Numbered from the stretch's first letter, positions 1 through 10,138 are shown. The stretch is 64,000 bases of DNA from Oscillospiraceae bacterium (GCA_036300205.1 JAXJGV010000056.1:7685-71684), one strand, 5' to 3'. Notes: generated from the sequence alone by a model not told the origin. Numbers and translations are program-made.

Positions 1-1129
1 CCATCTGGGTCTTGCTATCCGTGCGCAGCAGCACCTTCTCGTTCATTTTGGTGTATTCGCCCTGCTCCATGTCTTCCAGGCCCAGGATTTTGTAGTCGCC
101 CTCTTCCTCGTACTGTTTGACGATGAAAAGCATGGTTTCAGTCAGGAAGGACAGCTGCTGCATTTCGCTGTTGCTGTAGCTGCTCTTGCTGTAGTCGTTG
201 ATCTGGTTGGGTTTTACACCGAAGGCGCCCGCAATTTGCAGGGCCGTGTGCTTCCGCAGTTCAAAAAACTGCGCGTCAGTCAGTTTGATGTCCAGAGGCG
301 TCAGCTTCATGCCCAGGGGCACTGGCATGATCCGGCCGGTGTTCTGGATACCGTTGCCGAAGTCCTCGAAGGCCTCGCGCAGCTTTTCCTTCGCCTCCGG
401 GGACAGGGTGCCGGTGTATTCCAGCGTAGCCTTCGCGGTCATGCCCTGCTCGTACATCTTGTTCATGTAGCCCTGGCTGGCCTTGGCTCCATGGACTGTT
501 TCGTCCAGAATCTGCTGTACCGGCAAGCCGACCAGGCCGTTCAGGGTATGGGATGTCTTGACATGGAAGACGTCCTCGTTCTTCAGAATCAAGGTCTTGC
601 CGGTGTAGGGGTCTGTGTACCAGTACCAGACCTTACCGGCGCCGTTAAAGATGCCGACGTCGTCCACCAGCACCTTCACGCAGTTCGACGGCATGATCCA
701 CAGGTTTTTGATCTCGTAGCTGCCGCCGTATCTCTTGCGTTTGAATCTGCGCTCGATATAGGCGTAGCCGTTGCCCATGTGGTTTCTGTTCATTTCGATC
801 GTCGACCAGAAGATCGTGGGCGTCATAAACGGGTTCGGTCGGTACTTCAGCACGCGGATCGCGTCCTTCCGGCCGCTTTCCTGGATTCCGTTGTCGCCGG
901 TCTTGTAGACCTTCCACGGCAGCTTGCCCAGGGTTTCCGCCAGCGTCTTCAGGCAGGTGAAATACGTGATTTCAGACCACACGCCGCGGCGCTGGCCGTT
1001 GGCCCGCAGCCATTCCATCAGGGTCGTCCCGCTCATGTCTGCGGTTTTTCCGGTGCCGTTGTAGGCCCGCCAGCCCCGCAGCCAGGGCACCTTGTCCAGA
1101 AATTTCTGGATGCGTTCGCGGATTCTCAT
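1..1129 (-). CDS. Phage portal protein, HK97 family (runs off left edge)
   Basis: Manual translation from ATG 1129 (overlaps terL stop): LKYRPNPFMTPTIFW...GNGYAYI...IAGAFGVKPNQINDYSKSSYSNSEMQQLSF. Confidence 0.93.
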   Translation of the reverse strand, partial: MRIRERIQKFLDKVPWLRGWRAYNGTGKTADMSGTTLMEWLRANGQRRGVWSEITYFTCLKTLAETLGKLPWKVYKTGDNGIQESGRKDAIRVLKYRPNPFMTPTIFWSTIEMNRNHMGNGYAYIERRFKRKRYGGSYEIKNLWIMPSNCVKVLVDDVGIFNGAGKVWYWYTDPYTGKTLILKNEDVFHVKTSHTLNGLVGLPVQQILDETVHGAKASQGYMNKMYEQGMTAKATLEYTGTLSPEAKEKLREAFEDFGNGIQNTGRIMPVPLGMKLTPLDIKLTDAQFFELRKHTALQIAGAFGVKPNQINDYSKSSYSNSEMQQLSFLTETMLFIVKQYEEEGDYKILGLEDMEQGEYTKMNEKVLLRTDSKTQM

Positions 1130-2874
1130 GTCGTTGTTACCACCTTTGTATGCCTTTCGTACATCTTCAGCCATTCGGCCACGATCTCTTCCGTGGTCTG
1201 CGCCTGTTCGCCGCACATGGCGACCTTCCAGGCGTCGATCACAGCGTCGACCGGGTCAATTCGCTGGGTCGTTATGTCTTTGTCGATCTTGATTTCGCCG
1301 TAGTTGTTGCTGATCGTCCGGGCGTTCAGGATCGACCAGACCAGAAGTTCTTCGCCGCGGTTGTATTCCACGTTTCCGGCGGCGATTTCCAGCTGGAAGT
1401 CCTCCGTCGGGTCAGACAGAGCCTTCGCGCTCTGGTGAATTTCCAGGCTGTCGTAGCCGGTGGCCTCCAGGTCTTGCAGGAAGGCGGAGGCGTTGTGCGG
1501 GTCGTAGCAGATCATCCTGACCTTCAGGTCGAAGGTCTTCACCAGGGCCTTCAGATAGGCCAGGACGTACCGGTAGTCGGTCTTGATGCCGCCCATGGTT
1601 TCGGTTACGGTGATCAGTTTCTTCTCGATCCACACGTCATACGGCGCCAGGTCGCTGTCGATATGCTCCTGGACGCGCCGGGACGGCATGAAGCTGTGGC
1701 TGTGAATGAAGTATTTCTTCACCTTGCCGATCCAGAACGGGATCACGATCACGATCGTCGTCAAGTCGCCGCCGCTGGACAGGTCAAGGCCCACATAGCA
1801 GGCTTGTCCCCTGAAGTCCGCCAGGCTCCGGTCGGACGCGCAGGCGTGCAGCGCTGCCGGGTCGCGGATATACAGGTGATTCGACCATTGCAGCCACTTG
1901 TTCAGCTGTTTCACCAGGAAGTCGCGCAGGGTTTCGCCGCCCATGTCCTTCGCCGTGACGGCGATCGGGATCATGTTTTCCAGGGCTTCGGGGTCGTAGG
2001 CCAGGGCCGGGTTCGCTTTGATCCAGTTCTCCGGCAGCCATAGATCGTCGTCTTCGTCCATTTCGGCAATGTACACGAATTGACTTTCGACGCGGGTCGC
2101 ACCCTTCAGAATTGACTTGCAATGTTCATACAGGGCATAGCAGGGGGCGTTCAAATTGAAGCCCGCGGTCGTGATCACGCTGATCAGCGCCGACTTCATT
2201 TTCTTTATGCCGCCTTCCAGCAGCTTGTACATCTGGTTCGTCGGGTGGGCGTGGTATTCGTCGACGATTCCCAGGTATGGCCGGTGGCCGTCCAGGCTTT
2301 TCGTGTCGCCGGAAATGGCGCGGATCACGCCATTTGTCAGCAGGCAGTCGATCGTGTGGTTATGGTCGTGAACTTTGAAAAGTTCTTGCAGATCGCCGTC
2401 AGAATTGATGAATTTCGTGATTTCGTCGAAGACGATCTCCGCCTGATCCTGCTTTGTGGCCGTGCAGAAGATCTTCGGGTACTGGTAGGCGGTGAAATTG
2501 CCATAATAGGCCGCCAGGATGCCATTCAGGAAGGACTTGCCGTTCTGTCTACCCAGCTGTACATAGCTGGTTCTGTACCTCCGGTGGCCGCCTGCCTTCT
2601 TTTTCCAGCCGTTCAGGCTGCCCAGAATGAAGCACTGGAAGGGGTACAGGGTGATTTTTTGGCGTTCGTCGCCCTCTGCAATCTCCAATTCTTCCGCGAA
2701 GTCTATGATTTCCTGGGATGCTTCGACGTCAAAATAGAACGCAAACGGGGCCGTTTTGGCCGCTTCCAGGTCGTCCAGGTGCCGCTGGCAGGCCATTTTG
2801 ACCAGCTTGCCCGCCACAATTCGGTCTTCGACCACATCCAGGGCGTACTGCGTGCAGCGGTCGATCGTGGTCAC
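1126..2874 (-). CDS. terL: Terminase large subunit
   Basis: GRQNGKS Walker A, GIVDEYH Walker B, GLDLS and RIDPVDA nuclease motifs. Confidence 0.97.
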   Translation of the reverse strand: MTTIDRCTQYALDVVEDRIVAGKLVKMACQRHLDDLEAAKTAPFAFYFDVEASQEIIDFAEELEIAEGDERQKITLYPFQCFILGSLNGWKKKAGGHRRYRTSYVQLGRQNGKSFLNGILAAYYGNFTAYQYPKIFCTATKQDQAEIVFDEITKFINSDGDLQELFKVHDHNHTIDCLLTNGVIRAISGDTKSLDGHRPYLGIVDEYHAHPTNQMYKLLEGGIKKMKSALISVITTAGFNLNAPCYALYEHCKSILKGATRVESQFVYIAEMDEDDDLWLPENWIKANPALAYDPEALENMIPIAVTAKDMGGETLRDFLVKQLNKWLQWSNHLYIRDPAALHACASDRSLADFRGQACYVGLDLSSGGDLTTIVIVIPFWIGKVKKYFIHSHSFMPSRRVQEHIDSDLAPYDVWIEKKLITVTETMGGIKTDYRYVLAYLKALVKTFDLKVRMICYDPHNASAFLQDLEATGYDSLEIHQSAKALSDPTEDFQLEIAAGNVEYNRGEELLVWSILNARTISNNYGEIKIDKDITTQRIDPVDAVIDAWKVAMCGEQAQTTEEIVAEWLKMYERHTKVVTTT

Positions 2875-3434
2875 GCTTCCACCTTGCCCTTTGCATATTT
2901 CATAAACTTGTTTTCAGGCTTTTCGACCTGTACCTTCGGGGCCACCAGGCGGCAGCGGCCCGCGATATTCAGACCAAAGTCCGTCGCGCCCTGGCGGCAT
3001 TGTCGCCACAGTTTATCCTGCTGTTGCACCAGCCCGGCCCGTTCCTCGTTCACGATCATGTCGATCTCGACGACCTTTTCGCCGGTTTCTGGGTCGATCA
3101 GCGGCTTGTGATCCGGCCCCAGGGCGTACCGGTGCCGCTTGATCAGCAGCGGCATTTCGTCTATCGCCTGGGTTACGGCGATATAGTCGGATTCTGCCTT
3201 GATCAGACGGGCCAGGGCTTCGCAGTCCAGGTTCGTCATAATTTTCAGTTCCACCAGCTGGGCCGCCAGTTCCTTGAAGCGCTTCTTTTGGGTCTTGTTC
3301 AGCCATGTCGGGGGCGCCACCTTATCGGCCGCGGGGTGCAGTTCCTGGGCCTCACGCAGGGCGATCTCCGCCTTCGTCAGGTGCTTCTTGCCCTTTTGCT
3401 TCACCAGTTCGATCGGTTGACGTTTTCCAGACAC
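2871..3434 (-). CDS. terS: Terminase small subunit, P27 family
   Basis: KKHLTKAEI...PPTWL...FGLNIAGRCRL; directly upstream of terL. Confidence 0.9.
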   Translation of the reverse strand: MSGKRQPIELVKQKGKKHLTKAEIALREAQELHPAADKVAPPTWLNKTQKKRFKELAAQLVELKIMTNLDCEALARLIKAESDYIAVTQAIDEMPLLIKRHRYALGPDHKPLIDPETGEKVVEIDMIVNEERAGLVQQQDKLWRQCRQGATDFGLNIAGRCRLVAPKVQVEKPENKFMKYAKGKVEA

Positions 3435-3493
3435 TTTTCCCGCCTCCTTCGGTGTCAGAATCTGACACAGCCCCGGGCGCTTGTCAGAATTTT

Positions 3494-4000
3494 CTAGTGG
3501 GGAGTTTTCTCCGAAGAAAAGGGGGCGGCGACTAATCCGGCGTCCATAAAAACTTTTTCAGTCCCCCCTCTGTCCTCAAACCACCTGTCCCGAAGCGCGC
3601 GCAGCCGCTTCTGGCACGCCTCCATCCGATCCCGCCCCGCCTTGTATTCGGCTGTGATCCGGGTGTGGGTGGCGTTCGCCAGCGGGATCAGGTTGAACGG
3701 ATCAAGCCTTAGTTCCCAGGCTTCCTCTAGCTCTACAATGTGGTGAACTCTGTCCGGCTTCAGCAGCTTTCCTTCCTCGTAAAACGCGACGATGTCGACG
3801 TGATCGAAGACGGCGATCATCAGCTTGCGGATCACCTTCCACGCGCACGAACAATAAAAGGCGGCGGCGATCTTGCTGCGCTGTTGCCGGTTGTATTGCA
3901 CGTGACGGCTCACGTATTTCGCCCGGCAGCGGTCGCACATCTCCACGCCTTGCGGGATCGGCTGACCACAGCGGCACAGATGCAGCAGCACTTCGTTCAC
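3494..4000 (-). CDS. Packaging-associated HNH endonuclease
   Basis: FYCSCAWK...VHHIVELEEAWELRLDPFNLIPL; position upstream of terS. Confidence 0.85.
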   Translation of the reverse strand: MNEVLLHLCRCGQPIPQGVEMCDRCRAKYVSRHVQYNRQQRSKIAAAFYCSCAWKVIRKLMIAVFDHVDIVAFYEEGKLLKPDRVHHIVELEEAWELRLDPFNLIPLANATHTRITAEYKAGRDRMEACQKRLRALRDRWFEDRGGTEKVFMDAGLVAAPFSSEKTPH

Positions 4001-4108
4001 CTTCCTGTCGGTTCCGTTTTCTTCGGGCTGTCCCCTGCCCCGTGTGGAGCGCTGGGCGGCCGTGTGTCGGCCGTTTATTTTGCCTGCGCGTCAGCCCGGC
4101 AGACACGC

Positions 4109-4159
4109 AAAAAAGACAAGCGCCGGGTGTCATAGCTTGTACACTCGGCGCTTGTCTTG
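4109..4159 (-). terminator. Intrinsic terminator between middle and late operons
   Basis: GACAAGCGCCGGGTGT...ACACTCGGCGCTTGTC stem with T-run on the minus strand. Confidence 0.7.
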
Positions 4160-4247
4160 CGCGTATCCTGTTGTTTATTTTACGGCGGCGGCACTGAAAA
4201 TGCCACCCCAGGTTTTCCCCACGTTTTTACGCGGGTTCGACGCCGGA

Positions 4248-4706
4248 TCATTTGGGAATCCCGTTGACGCCGAAAAGCCTGACAGCCAGCGCCCGCATGA
4301 TTTCTTTGCACCACCTTGCCGGGCTGTTTCTGCCGCTGTTCATGGCTCCCGCGATCTGCTCGTAGGTCTGGCCTTGGATGTAGTGCCGCTCGAAGGCTTC
4401 GACCTTGTAGGCATACCCGCCGGTCTTCGCCGTCGATCTGATCGCCGCCAGGGCTTCGTCCACCTCCCGGATCACTTCGGCCGTGTCTTCTCTGCTGCGC
4501 CTTAATGTTCCCAGGATTGCACCGGGATCACACGCAGACTTGCACGCGTGCGATCCCGTCGGGACCTGCGTGTCTTTCTGCGTGTATTCCCGCAGCAGCT
4601 GGTAGTTCTCCATCAGGCGCGTCGTCATGGTCATGCCGTCGGCCGTGTGTGCTGGTGTCAAGGAAATACCCGGCCCGGTTCCGGTGGTGGGGTTTGACTT
4701 GTTCAT
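4248..4706 (-). CDS. Putative late-gene transcriptional activator (RinA/ArpU-like, C-terminal HTH)
   Basis: ERHYIQGQTYEQIAGAM...ARWCKEIMRALAVRLFG; last gene before packaging module. Confidence 0.6.
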   Translation of the reverse strand: MNKSNPTTGTGPGISLTPAHTADGMTMTTRLMENYQLLREYTQKDTQVPTGSHACKSACDPGAILGTLRRSREDTAEVIREVDEALAAIRSTAKTGGYAYKVEAFERHYIQGQTYEQIAGAMNSGRNSPARWCKEIMRALAVRLFGVNGIPK

Positions 4707-4741
4707 GGTGTTGTTTCCTCCTTCCTGCCCCGGCCTTCGTT

Positions 4742-5443
4742 CTATACGCCGGGCAGCGTGGTCTGTTCCGGTGCTTCGCTGATCTTCCGAAGTTCCTGGT
4801 CGATCCGGCGCTGGGCCTTGTCGAACGTGGATTCTTTGACCTCGAAGCAGATAAACTGGCGGCCGTTCCTGATCGCCGCGGCCGCTGTTGTGCAGCTGCC
4901 GCCGAAGCAGTCGACCACCAGGTCGCCCTCCTTCGTGGCGTCCAGTATGCAGCGTTCAATGATTGCGATCGGTTTCTGGGCCGGGTGTATCTTCTCACCA
5001 TCGGTACCGACAGCACCGGCACCGAAGCCGTTCTCCCTCCAGACGTTGCTGCCCCCCCGCCGCAGCGCTGTGTTCTTCGTTCCGTACAGAATAAACTCGT
5101 GGGTGTAGCTGTAAAAGCTGCCCGGCCCGGTTCCCTTGTCCCACACGATCAGGTTCTTCACGGGCAGGTATTCGGCAAAGATCGGGTAGTAGAACGCATA
5201 GCCGCGCCAGTCCATGAAGATGTAGAACTCCCCGTCCGGTTTCAGGACGCGGGCGATCTCACGGGCCAGGGACCGCCAGAACGGTTTCGTGATCGCCAGG
5301 TCGGCGAAGTCGCCGCGCTGTCCGTTCTGGGTCAGGCCCTGGAAATATGGTGGGTCTGTTACGATCGCCTGGACGCTTCCCGTCCGCAGACGGCGCAGGC
5401 CGTCCAGGCAGTCCATGTTGTAGATTTTGTTCGGTTCCAGCAT
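4742..5443 (-). CDS. Orphan N6/N4 DNA methyltransferase (beta class)
   Basis: TDPPY, HPAQKP, VVDCFGGSCTT. Confidence 0.93.
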   Translation of the reverse strand: MLEPNKIYNMDCLDGLRRLRTGSVQAIVTDPPYFQGLTQNGQRGDFADLAITKPFWRSLAREIARVLKPDGEFYIFMDWRGYAFYYPIFAEYLPVKNLIVWDKGTGPGSFYSYTHEFILYGTKNTALRRGGSNVWRENGFGAGAVGTDGEKIHPAQKPIAIIERCILDATKEGDLVVDCFGGSCTTAAAAIRNGRQFICFEVKESTFDKAQRRIDQELRKISEAPEQTTLPGV

Positions 5444-5682
5444 TATGTTCTCCTTTGCTCCCCTGGTATTCGCAGGGTTTCCTTTTTCGTTACCACGGCG
5501 CCGATCTGGCTGCGCAGTATTTGGCCGCAGCTGACACGCTCCGGGATTGGCGTTTCTGCGTCTTCTTCGGCGTCGTCCACTTTGCGGCAGGCCGCCCTGG
5601 CCGGGCAGCTTTCGCAGTTACCAGCCAGGGCCATGGATTCGAACAGCCAGTCCAGATCCCGCTGTGTTCCAATTGTGACCAT
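5443..5682 (-). CDS. Phage hypothetical Cys-rich protein
   Basis: Tightly packed in operon; CESCPARAAC. Confidence 0.55.
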   Translation of the reverse strand: MVTIGTQRDLDWLFESMALAGNCESCPARAACRKVDDAEEDAETPIPERVSCGQILRSQIGAVVTKKETLRIPGEQRRT

Positions 5683-5683
5683 G

Positions 5684-6199
5684 TCACGCCCCCGTTTTCA
5701 TCAGGTGCAGGGCTACCCGGCGCCAGCTTTCGGCCTGTTCTTTCGCTTCGGTTAGTTCGCTGATCAAGCCGTCGACGGTCTTGTCCAGGGCGTGAATACT
5801 GACCGTGCCGTGTTCGGTGTCCTGGTCGTATTCGTTCTCGTGGATCACTTCCAGGCCCAGGGCCGTCGCGATCCCTTCGTCGACCTGGGTCATTTCGTCG
5901 TCTGTTATCCGGCCGCAGTAGCTGTCCAGGCACCGGACGTCGACGGTCTTGATCTGGTCGCACAGGGCGACGGACAGCTTCGGGGCGCTGTTGATCTCCA
6001 CGTGGACGCCCAGCGGGTCAGGCTTGTCCCGCTTAGTCGTAAGATAAACGACCATGCACGTCGCACCCCCCCTCGGCGGCACTCCCACGACGATACCGGG
6101 ACGGCCGGGCTGCTGCTCATGGCCGACGGCGAAGTCGCCGCGGGTTACGTAGAACATATCGCCGCGGGCGATATTTCTGGGTCTTCTTTTGCTGTACAT
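5684..6199 (-). CDS. PemK/MazF-family protein with C-terminal coiled coil
   Basis: RGDMFYV...GHEQQPGRPGIVV...SVALCDQIKTVD. Confidence 0.85.
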   Translation of the reverse strand: MYSKRRPRNIARGDMFYVTRGDFAVGHEQQPGRPGIVVGVPPRGGATCMVVYLTTKRDKPDPLGVHVEINSAPKLSVALCDQIKTVDVRCLDSYCGRITDDEMTQVDEGIATALGLEVIHENEYDQDTEHGTVSIHALDKTVDGLISELTEAKEQAESWRRVALHLMKTGA

Positions 6200-6217
6200 A
6201 GTGCTTTCTCCTTTCTG

Positions 6218-6370
6218 TCAGTCCTCCGGGTTTAATGCTGCTTCGATCATGTCCACCACGAAGATCATCGTGTGCAGGACGACGGCCGCGATCGCAGCGA
6301 CGACCAGGAACGGCATTTCGACCACGAACAGGGCCGCCTCCCTGGCGTTCTCCCATGCTTCATGCATCAT
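6218..6370 (-). CDS. Small hydrophobic protein (50 aa, not in ORF track)
   Basis: Manual translation MMHEAWENAREAALFVVEMPFLVVAAIAAVVLHTMIFVV...; fills the gap and overlaps the parB stop. Confidence 0.5.
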   Translation of the reverse strand: MMHEAWENAREAALFVVEMPFLVVAAIAAVVLHTMIFVVDMIEAALNPED

Positions 6371-7689
6371 TCGCTCCCGACCTCCATCAGTTTGCAGTCC
6401 CAGGCCGCGACCAGGCTGTCCAGCATTTCCAGGCAGGCCCGCAGCTGGATTTCTTCCAGTCCGGCAGCCAGGACGCAGCCGCGGATCATAGCGATCACGC
6501 TGTCCTCATTCGCCACAGACTCCCGGATCGCGTCGTCGATTGCCGCCCGGTACTGTGTCACGGGTTCCTCCGGCTGCTGCGGCTTGGCGTTCTTGTTCCG
6601 GTACATATCGCAGGCCGTGGTCTTGTCCGTGCGATCCATGCAGGTGTCCCAATTCGCGCAGCTGAAGCACATGGACGTCACAGTCTTCGGGTTTGCTTCC
6701 GTCACCGGCTCCGGCGCTGGTGCCTTCTGGGTTTCACGTGCCGCCACCTGGCGGGCGTCCCTGTCTACCACTTCGCACCGGAAGCCGCAGGTTTCGCGTT
6801 CCTTGCAGAATTTACAGCAGCCCGCGCAGCCGTTCAGCACGCCGTCCTTGATGAAGTTCGCCTTGATCACGCCGTAGTGCTGGCAGGGGCCGTTCGTGAC
6901 CTGGCAGCCAGGGGACGCCCACGGGTTTCGGTCATTCTTCGGCGCTGGTGCCGCTGCCCGGCGGGTTTCTGTCGCGGTCTTGTTTGTGATCTCCTGCCCG
7001 GTTTCCATGGCCCGGTCATAGGCCGCCAGCTGTTCTTCTTCTGGCAGGCCTGCCAGCTGATACGCTGCGCTGAATTTCAGGCTGCTGGTGTCCAGCAGTT
7101 CCTTCAGTTCCGGGATCAAGTGGGTGCTGATCCGCTCGATCTGGGCGATCTTCGTGGGCGACTTGTCCAGGATCGCGGCGATCGTGTCGCGCAGGCGGCC
7201 GGATTCCAGATCATAGCCGCCTATGGTCTGGCCGTTCGCCCGCATGGTTTCCAGGGTTCGCTTCAGGGTGGTGTACTCCTGGAGTTGGTCTGTGATCGAC
7301 TTGACGCGCTGGCTGTTGGCGGCGATCAGATCGACTGTTTCTTCTTCCTGGGATCGTTTCGGCCGGATGCAGCAGGTCGCCACATCGAACTCACTATATC
7401 CGCGGCTGACCAGCAACTTCAGGGCTTCCCATCTTCTTTCGCCGCTGACGATCCGGTACTGGCCGTCAGGGCCGGGATCGTACACGACGGTCAGGTTTTC
7501 CAGCAGGCCCGACGTCAGGATCATGCCCGCCAGTTCTTCGATCTCCACGATCGCGTAGAAGTTGCCCGCGTTGCGGTACAGCTGATTGATTGGGATGTCT
7601 TTCGTCCTGAACTTGCCGGAAGGGCCGACCGGCTGGCCGCCCTTGCTGGCAGCGTTCAGGTTGTCCAGGATAGAACGTCCGGTTGCCAT
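6367..7689 (-). CDS. parB: ParB-family partition protein with Cys-rich tail
   Basis: GLLENLTV...YRIVSGERRWEAL; follows parA. Confidence 0.88.
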   Translation of the reverse strand: MATGRSILDNLNAASKGGQPVGPSGKFRTKDIPINQLYRNAGNFYAIVEIEELAGMILTSGLLENLTVVYDPGPDGQYRIVSGERRWEALKLLVSRGYSEFDVATCCIRPKRSQEEETVDLIAANSQRVKSITDQLQEYTTLKRTLETMRANGQTIGGYDLESGRLRDTIAAILDKSPTKIAQIERISTHLIPELKELLDTSSLKFSAAYQLAGLPEEEQLAAYDRAMETGQEITNKTATETRRAAAPAPKNDRNPWASPGCQVTNGPCQHYGVIKANFIKDGVLNGCAGCCKFCKERETCGFRCEVVDRDARQVAARETQKAPAPEPVTEANPKTVTSMCFSCANWDTCMDRTDKTTACDMYRNKNAKPQQPEEPVTQYRAAIDDAIRESVANEDSVIAMIRGCVLAAGLEEIQLRACLEMLDSLVAAWDCKLMEVGSE

Positions 7690-8456
7690 TATTTCAGCAC
7701 CTCCATGATTTCAGCAGCCAGGGCTGCGTATTCCCGCGATACCTTGCAGCGGGGGCTGTAGGATGTTACAGGGGCGCGGGCTATGCTGGCCCGCTCCACG
7801 ATCACAGACCGGGACACGGTGGTGTCGAAGGCGTCCACCCACTCGTATTCCTTCAGCCACATCTCGAATTCCTCAGACGCGGCGCTTCGGGACTTCATGG
7901 TGTAGAACGATCTCACCAGCAGGCCGTCATTCAGGCCCTGCATCTGCTCCACGGTTTCGGCCAGGTGCCGCAGGGCCGCAGCCTCGAAGCCGCCCATTTT
8001 CACCGGCACGACCACCAGATCAGCCGCCACCAGGGCGTTCAGCACGGTCATATCCAGCAGCAGGCCGCAGTCGATGATCACCACGTCGTAGGCGTCGCGG
8101 ACTTCCGGCGTGCCCAGGGCTGAACGCAGGCGCCGCACCTGGTCGTTTTCGGTGTCCGTGGCGATCTCCGTGTTCGCGTCCATCAGGTAGCCGTTCGCGG
8201 GAATTACGTCAGCAGGGATCCCCGGCGACCGTTTGACGACGTCCGCCACAGTGACTTCTCCGTGGACAGACGCCAGCAGCGCGGCCAGGCCCTTGTCTTC
8301 CGGGTCGTCCACGCCGTACAGGGTGGACAGGTTGCCCTGCTGGTCGGCGTCGATCATCAGGACGCGGTGATCCCGTGCCAGGATATGGCCCAGGGCTGCG
8401 GCGGTGGTAGTCTTACCGGCGCCGCCTTTTTCAATCATTACAGCGATTATTTTCAT
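7689..8456 (-). CDS. parA: ParA/Soj-family ATPase
   Basis: KGGAGKTT, LMIDADQQGNLS, YDVVIIDC; start set at ATG 8456 after AAGGAG. Confidence 0.92.
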   Translation of the reverse strand: MKIIAVMIEKGGAGKTTTAAALGHILARDHRVLMIDADQQGNLSTLYGVDDPEDKGLAALLASVHGEVTVADVVKRSPGIPADVIPANGYLMDANTEIATDTENDQVRRLRSALGTPEVRDAYDVVIIDCGLLLDMTVLNALVAADLVVVPVKMGGFEAAALRHLAETVEQMQGLNDGLLVRSFYTMKSRSAASEEFEMWLKEYEWVDAFDTTVSRSVIVERASIARAPVTSYSPRCKVSREYAALAAEIMEVLK

Positions 8457-8502
8457 TTTTGGCACTCCTTTTGCAGGTTTTTGTGGTTCTCTTGTGATTT
8501 TT

Positions 8503-8943
8503 TCACTTTCTTTCACCGTCCAGCGACGGGAAGCCATACCGCACCTTCGTCACGTCATTGTCTTCGGCCATTTTCTCGCACGGCTTCAGGTTGACGTACT
8601 GGGTCAGCAGTCTGATCGCCGCGTTCGCGCTCCACACGACCGCCACGAAATAGCCCGCGGCCTGAAGGCGCCGCAGCCAGTCCTTCTGTTCTGCGCTGGG
8701 TGTTCCCCGGTCGTACTTCATTTCGATGCGCAGACCGTGGTATATGCCCGCGGGGTAGTCCAGGATCAGATCAGGGACGCCTGCGGACAGCCCCAGGGAT
8801 TTCGCGATCGCGGCCGCCGCCTTCGTCCGCTTGCCTTCGTTCGGGACGTGGTACAGGTTCTTCAGGGCAGGGTATCGTCCCTGGGCGTATCTGGCCCATT
8901 CGATCACGGCCTGCTGTTCACTTGTTTCGCTGGCTCCTTGCAC
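8503..8943 (-). CDS. VRR-NUC domain nuclease
   Basis: YHVPNEGKR...GVPDLIL...IEMK...QKDWLRRL; GTG start after GGAGG. Confidence 0.88.
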   Translation of the reverse strand: MQGASETSEQQAVIEWARYAQGRYPALKNLYHVPNEGKRTKAAAAIAKSLGLSAGVPDLILDYPAGIYHGLRIEMKYDRGTPSAEQKDWLRRLQAAGYFVAVVWSANAAIRLLTQYVNLKPCEKMAEDNDVTKVRYGFPSLDGERK

Positions 8944-10001
8944 TTTTTCCTTCCTCCTTTCCTGATCAGGTGCAGCCATTCCAGGGGCACCTGGTACTTT
9001 TTGCCCTTACCGCCGGTCTTTCTGACCAGGGCCTGGCCTTCTGGTTTATACTCGATCAGTTCATAGACGACGCCAGGATCAAAGCCCAGGTCTTCAGCGT
9101 CCCGGATGTGTACCAGGTCGCCGGGGGCGCAGGCTCTGCGCAGCTTGGCGTATATGTAGGTCATGCCGTTGAAGTCATTGATCCGGCGTTCCAGGGATTT
9201 GAACCAGCAGCCAGGAGCGGCGGCCTTGATCATTTCCACGGCTGCATCGTAGTCTTCGGCCATCTTCTTGACCTTTTTGGTGCTGAAGTCCTTGTGATTC
9301 TTGTGTTCTTCCGGTTTCTTCAGGTTCTTCGACGCGCACCAGCGTTTCTTGCCCTTCGGGTCTTTGGTGATGTAGTGGGCCAGGCCAGACAGGCCGTTCT
9401 CGTCGTAGTCCAGGCGGCGGGTGTTGTTCCGGCGGCCCAGCTTCCACGCCTTTTCCACTTCATCCATCGGCAGCAGGCCGTCCATGACGATGTGGTGATG
9501 CGCTCTGACCTTGTGATCTTCGTCTTCAGACCATTCTGTGACGTACACGTACTTGGCAGGGGGCAGGCCCAGCTTCTTCCGCCTGTAGTTGATCCGCTTG
9601 ATGTACTTCTGCATATTTTCCAGGGCTTCGTCCATGGATTTCGGCAGGTTCTTGTCCGTGTAGACCAGTGTCGCCCAGATGTCCTGGCTGGTGAAATTGG
9701 CATTTATCAGCCGTTCGCAGTTCTTCCTGGCGTTCTTGTCCTTCAGGTTCCGCTGCGCCTGGGCGTTGTAACCAGGGCGACGGCCTGCCGGTGGTATGTC
9801 TTCACGCTTGACGAACTCCGGGTAAATTTCCAGTTCTACCTGATCACCGGCGTCAATCCTCTTTGTGGCATAGATCGCGCGCTTTCCCTGGCGGATCAGT
9901 TCCCGGACGAATAGATCGTCGTCCTGGTCTATGGTCTTGTCGAATGCTGCCTCGTAGTCGTAGGGGATGAACGGGGCAGCCTTCCTTCTGGTCTGTTTCA
10001 T
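8904..10001 (-). CDS. HUH-superfamily rolling-circle-type replication initiator
   Basis: Motif I WATLVY, motif II AHHHIVMD, motif III LAHYITK; ATG 10001 after GGAGG. Confidence 0.72.
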   Translation of the reverse strand: MKQTRRKAAPFIPYDYEAAFDKTIDQDDDLFVRELIRQGKRAIYATKRIDAGDQVELEIYPEFVKREDIPPAGRRPGYNAQAQRNLKDKNARKNCERLINANFTSQDIWATLVYTDKNLPKSMDEALENMQKYIKRINYRRKKLGLPPAKYVYVTEWSEDEDHKVRAHHHIVMDGLLPMDEVEKAWKLGRRNNTRRLDYDENGLSGLAHYITKDPKGKKRWCASKNLKKPEEHKNHKDFSTKKVKKMAEDYDAAVEMIKAAAPGCWFKSLERRINDFNGMTYIYAKLRRACAPGDLVHIRDAEDLGFDPGVVYELIEYKPEGQALVRKTGGKGKKYQVPLEWLHLIRKGGRKKCKEPAKQVNSRP

Positions 10002-10103
10002 TGTGCGGCCTCCTAGATCGTATTCCCGTATCACGTAGATTTCCGTGACTTGGGGCTATCCATTACAAGGCCGCATACGGGGTGATCCTCCCCGTCGATT
10101 TTA

Positions 10104-10132
10104 TTGACTTTCGCCGCTCCTTCTGGTACAAT
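10104..10132 (+). promoter_or_regulatory. Sigma-A promoter antisense to the phage operon
   Basis: TTGACT-17 bp-TACAAT with extended -10 TG. Confidence 0.7.
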
Positions 10133-10138
10133 TAAAGG

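Noticed and set aside
3430..3560. Phage cos site
   Set aside because: Expected near terS/HNH, but no specific sequence could be supported by eye.
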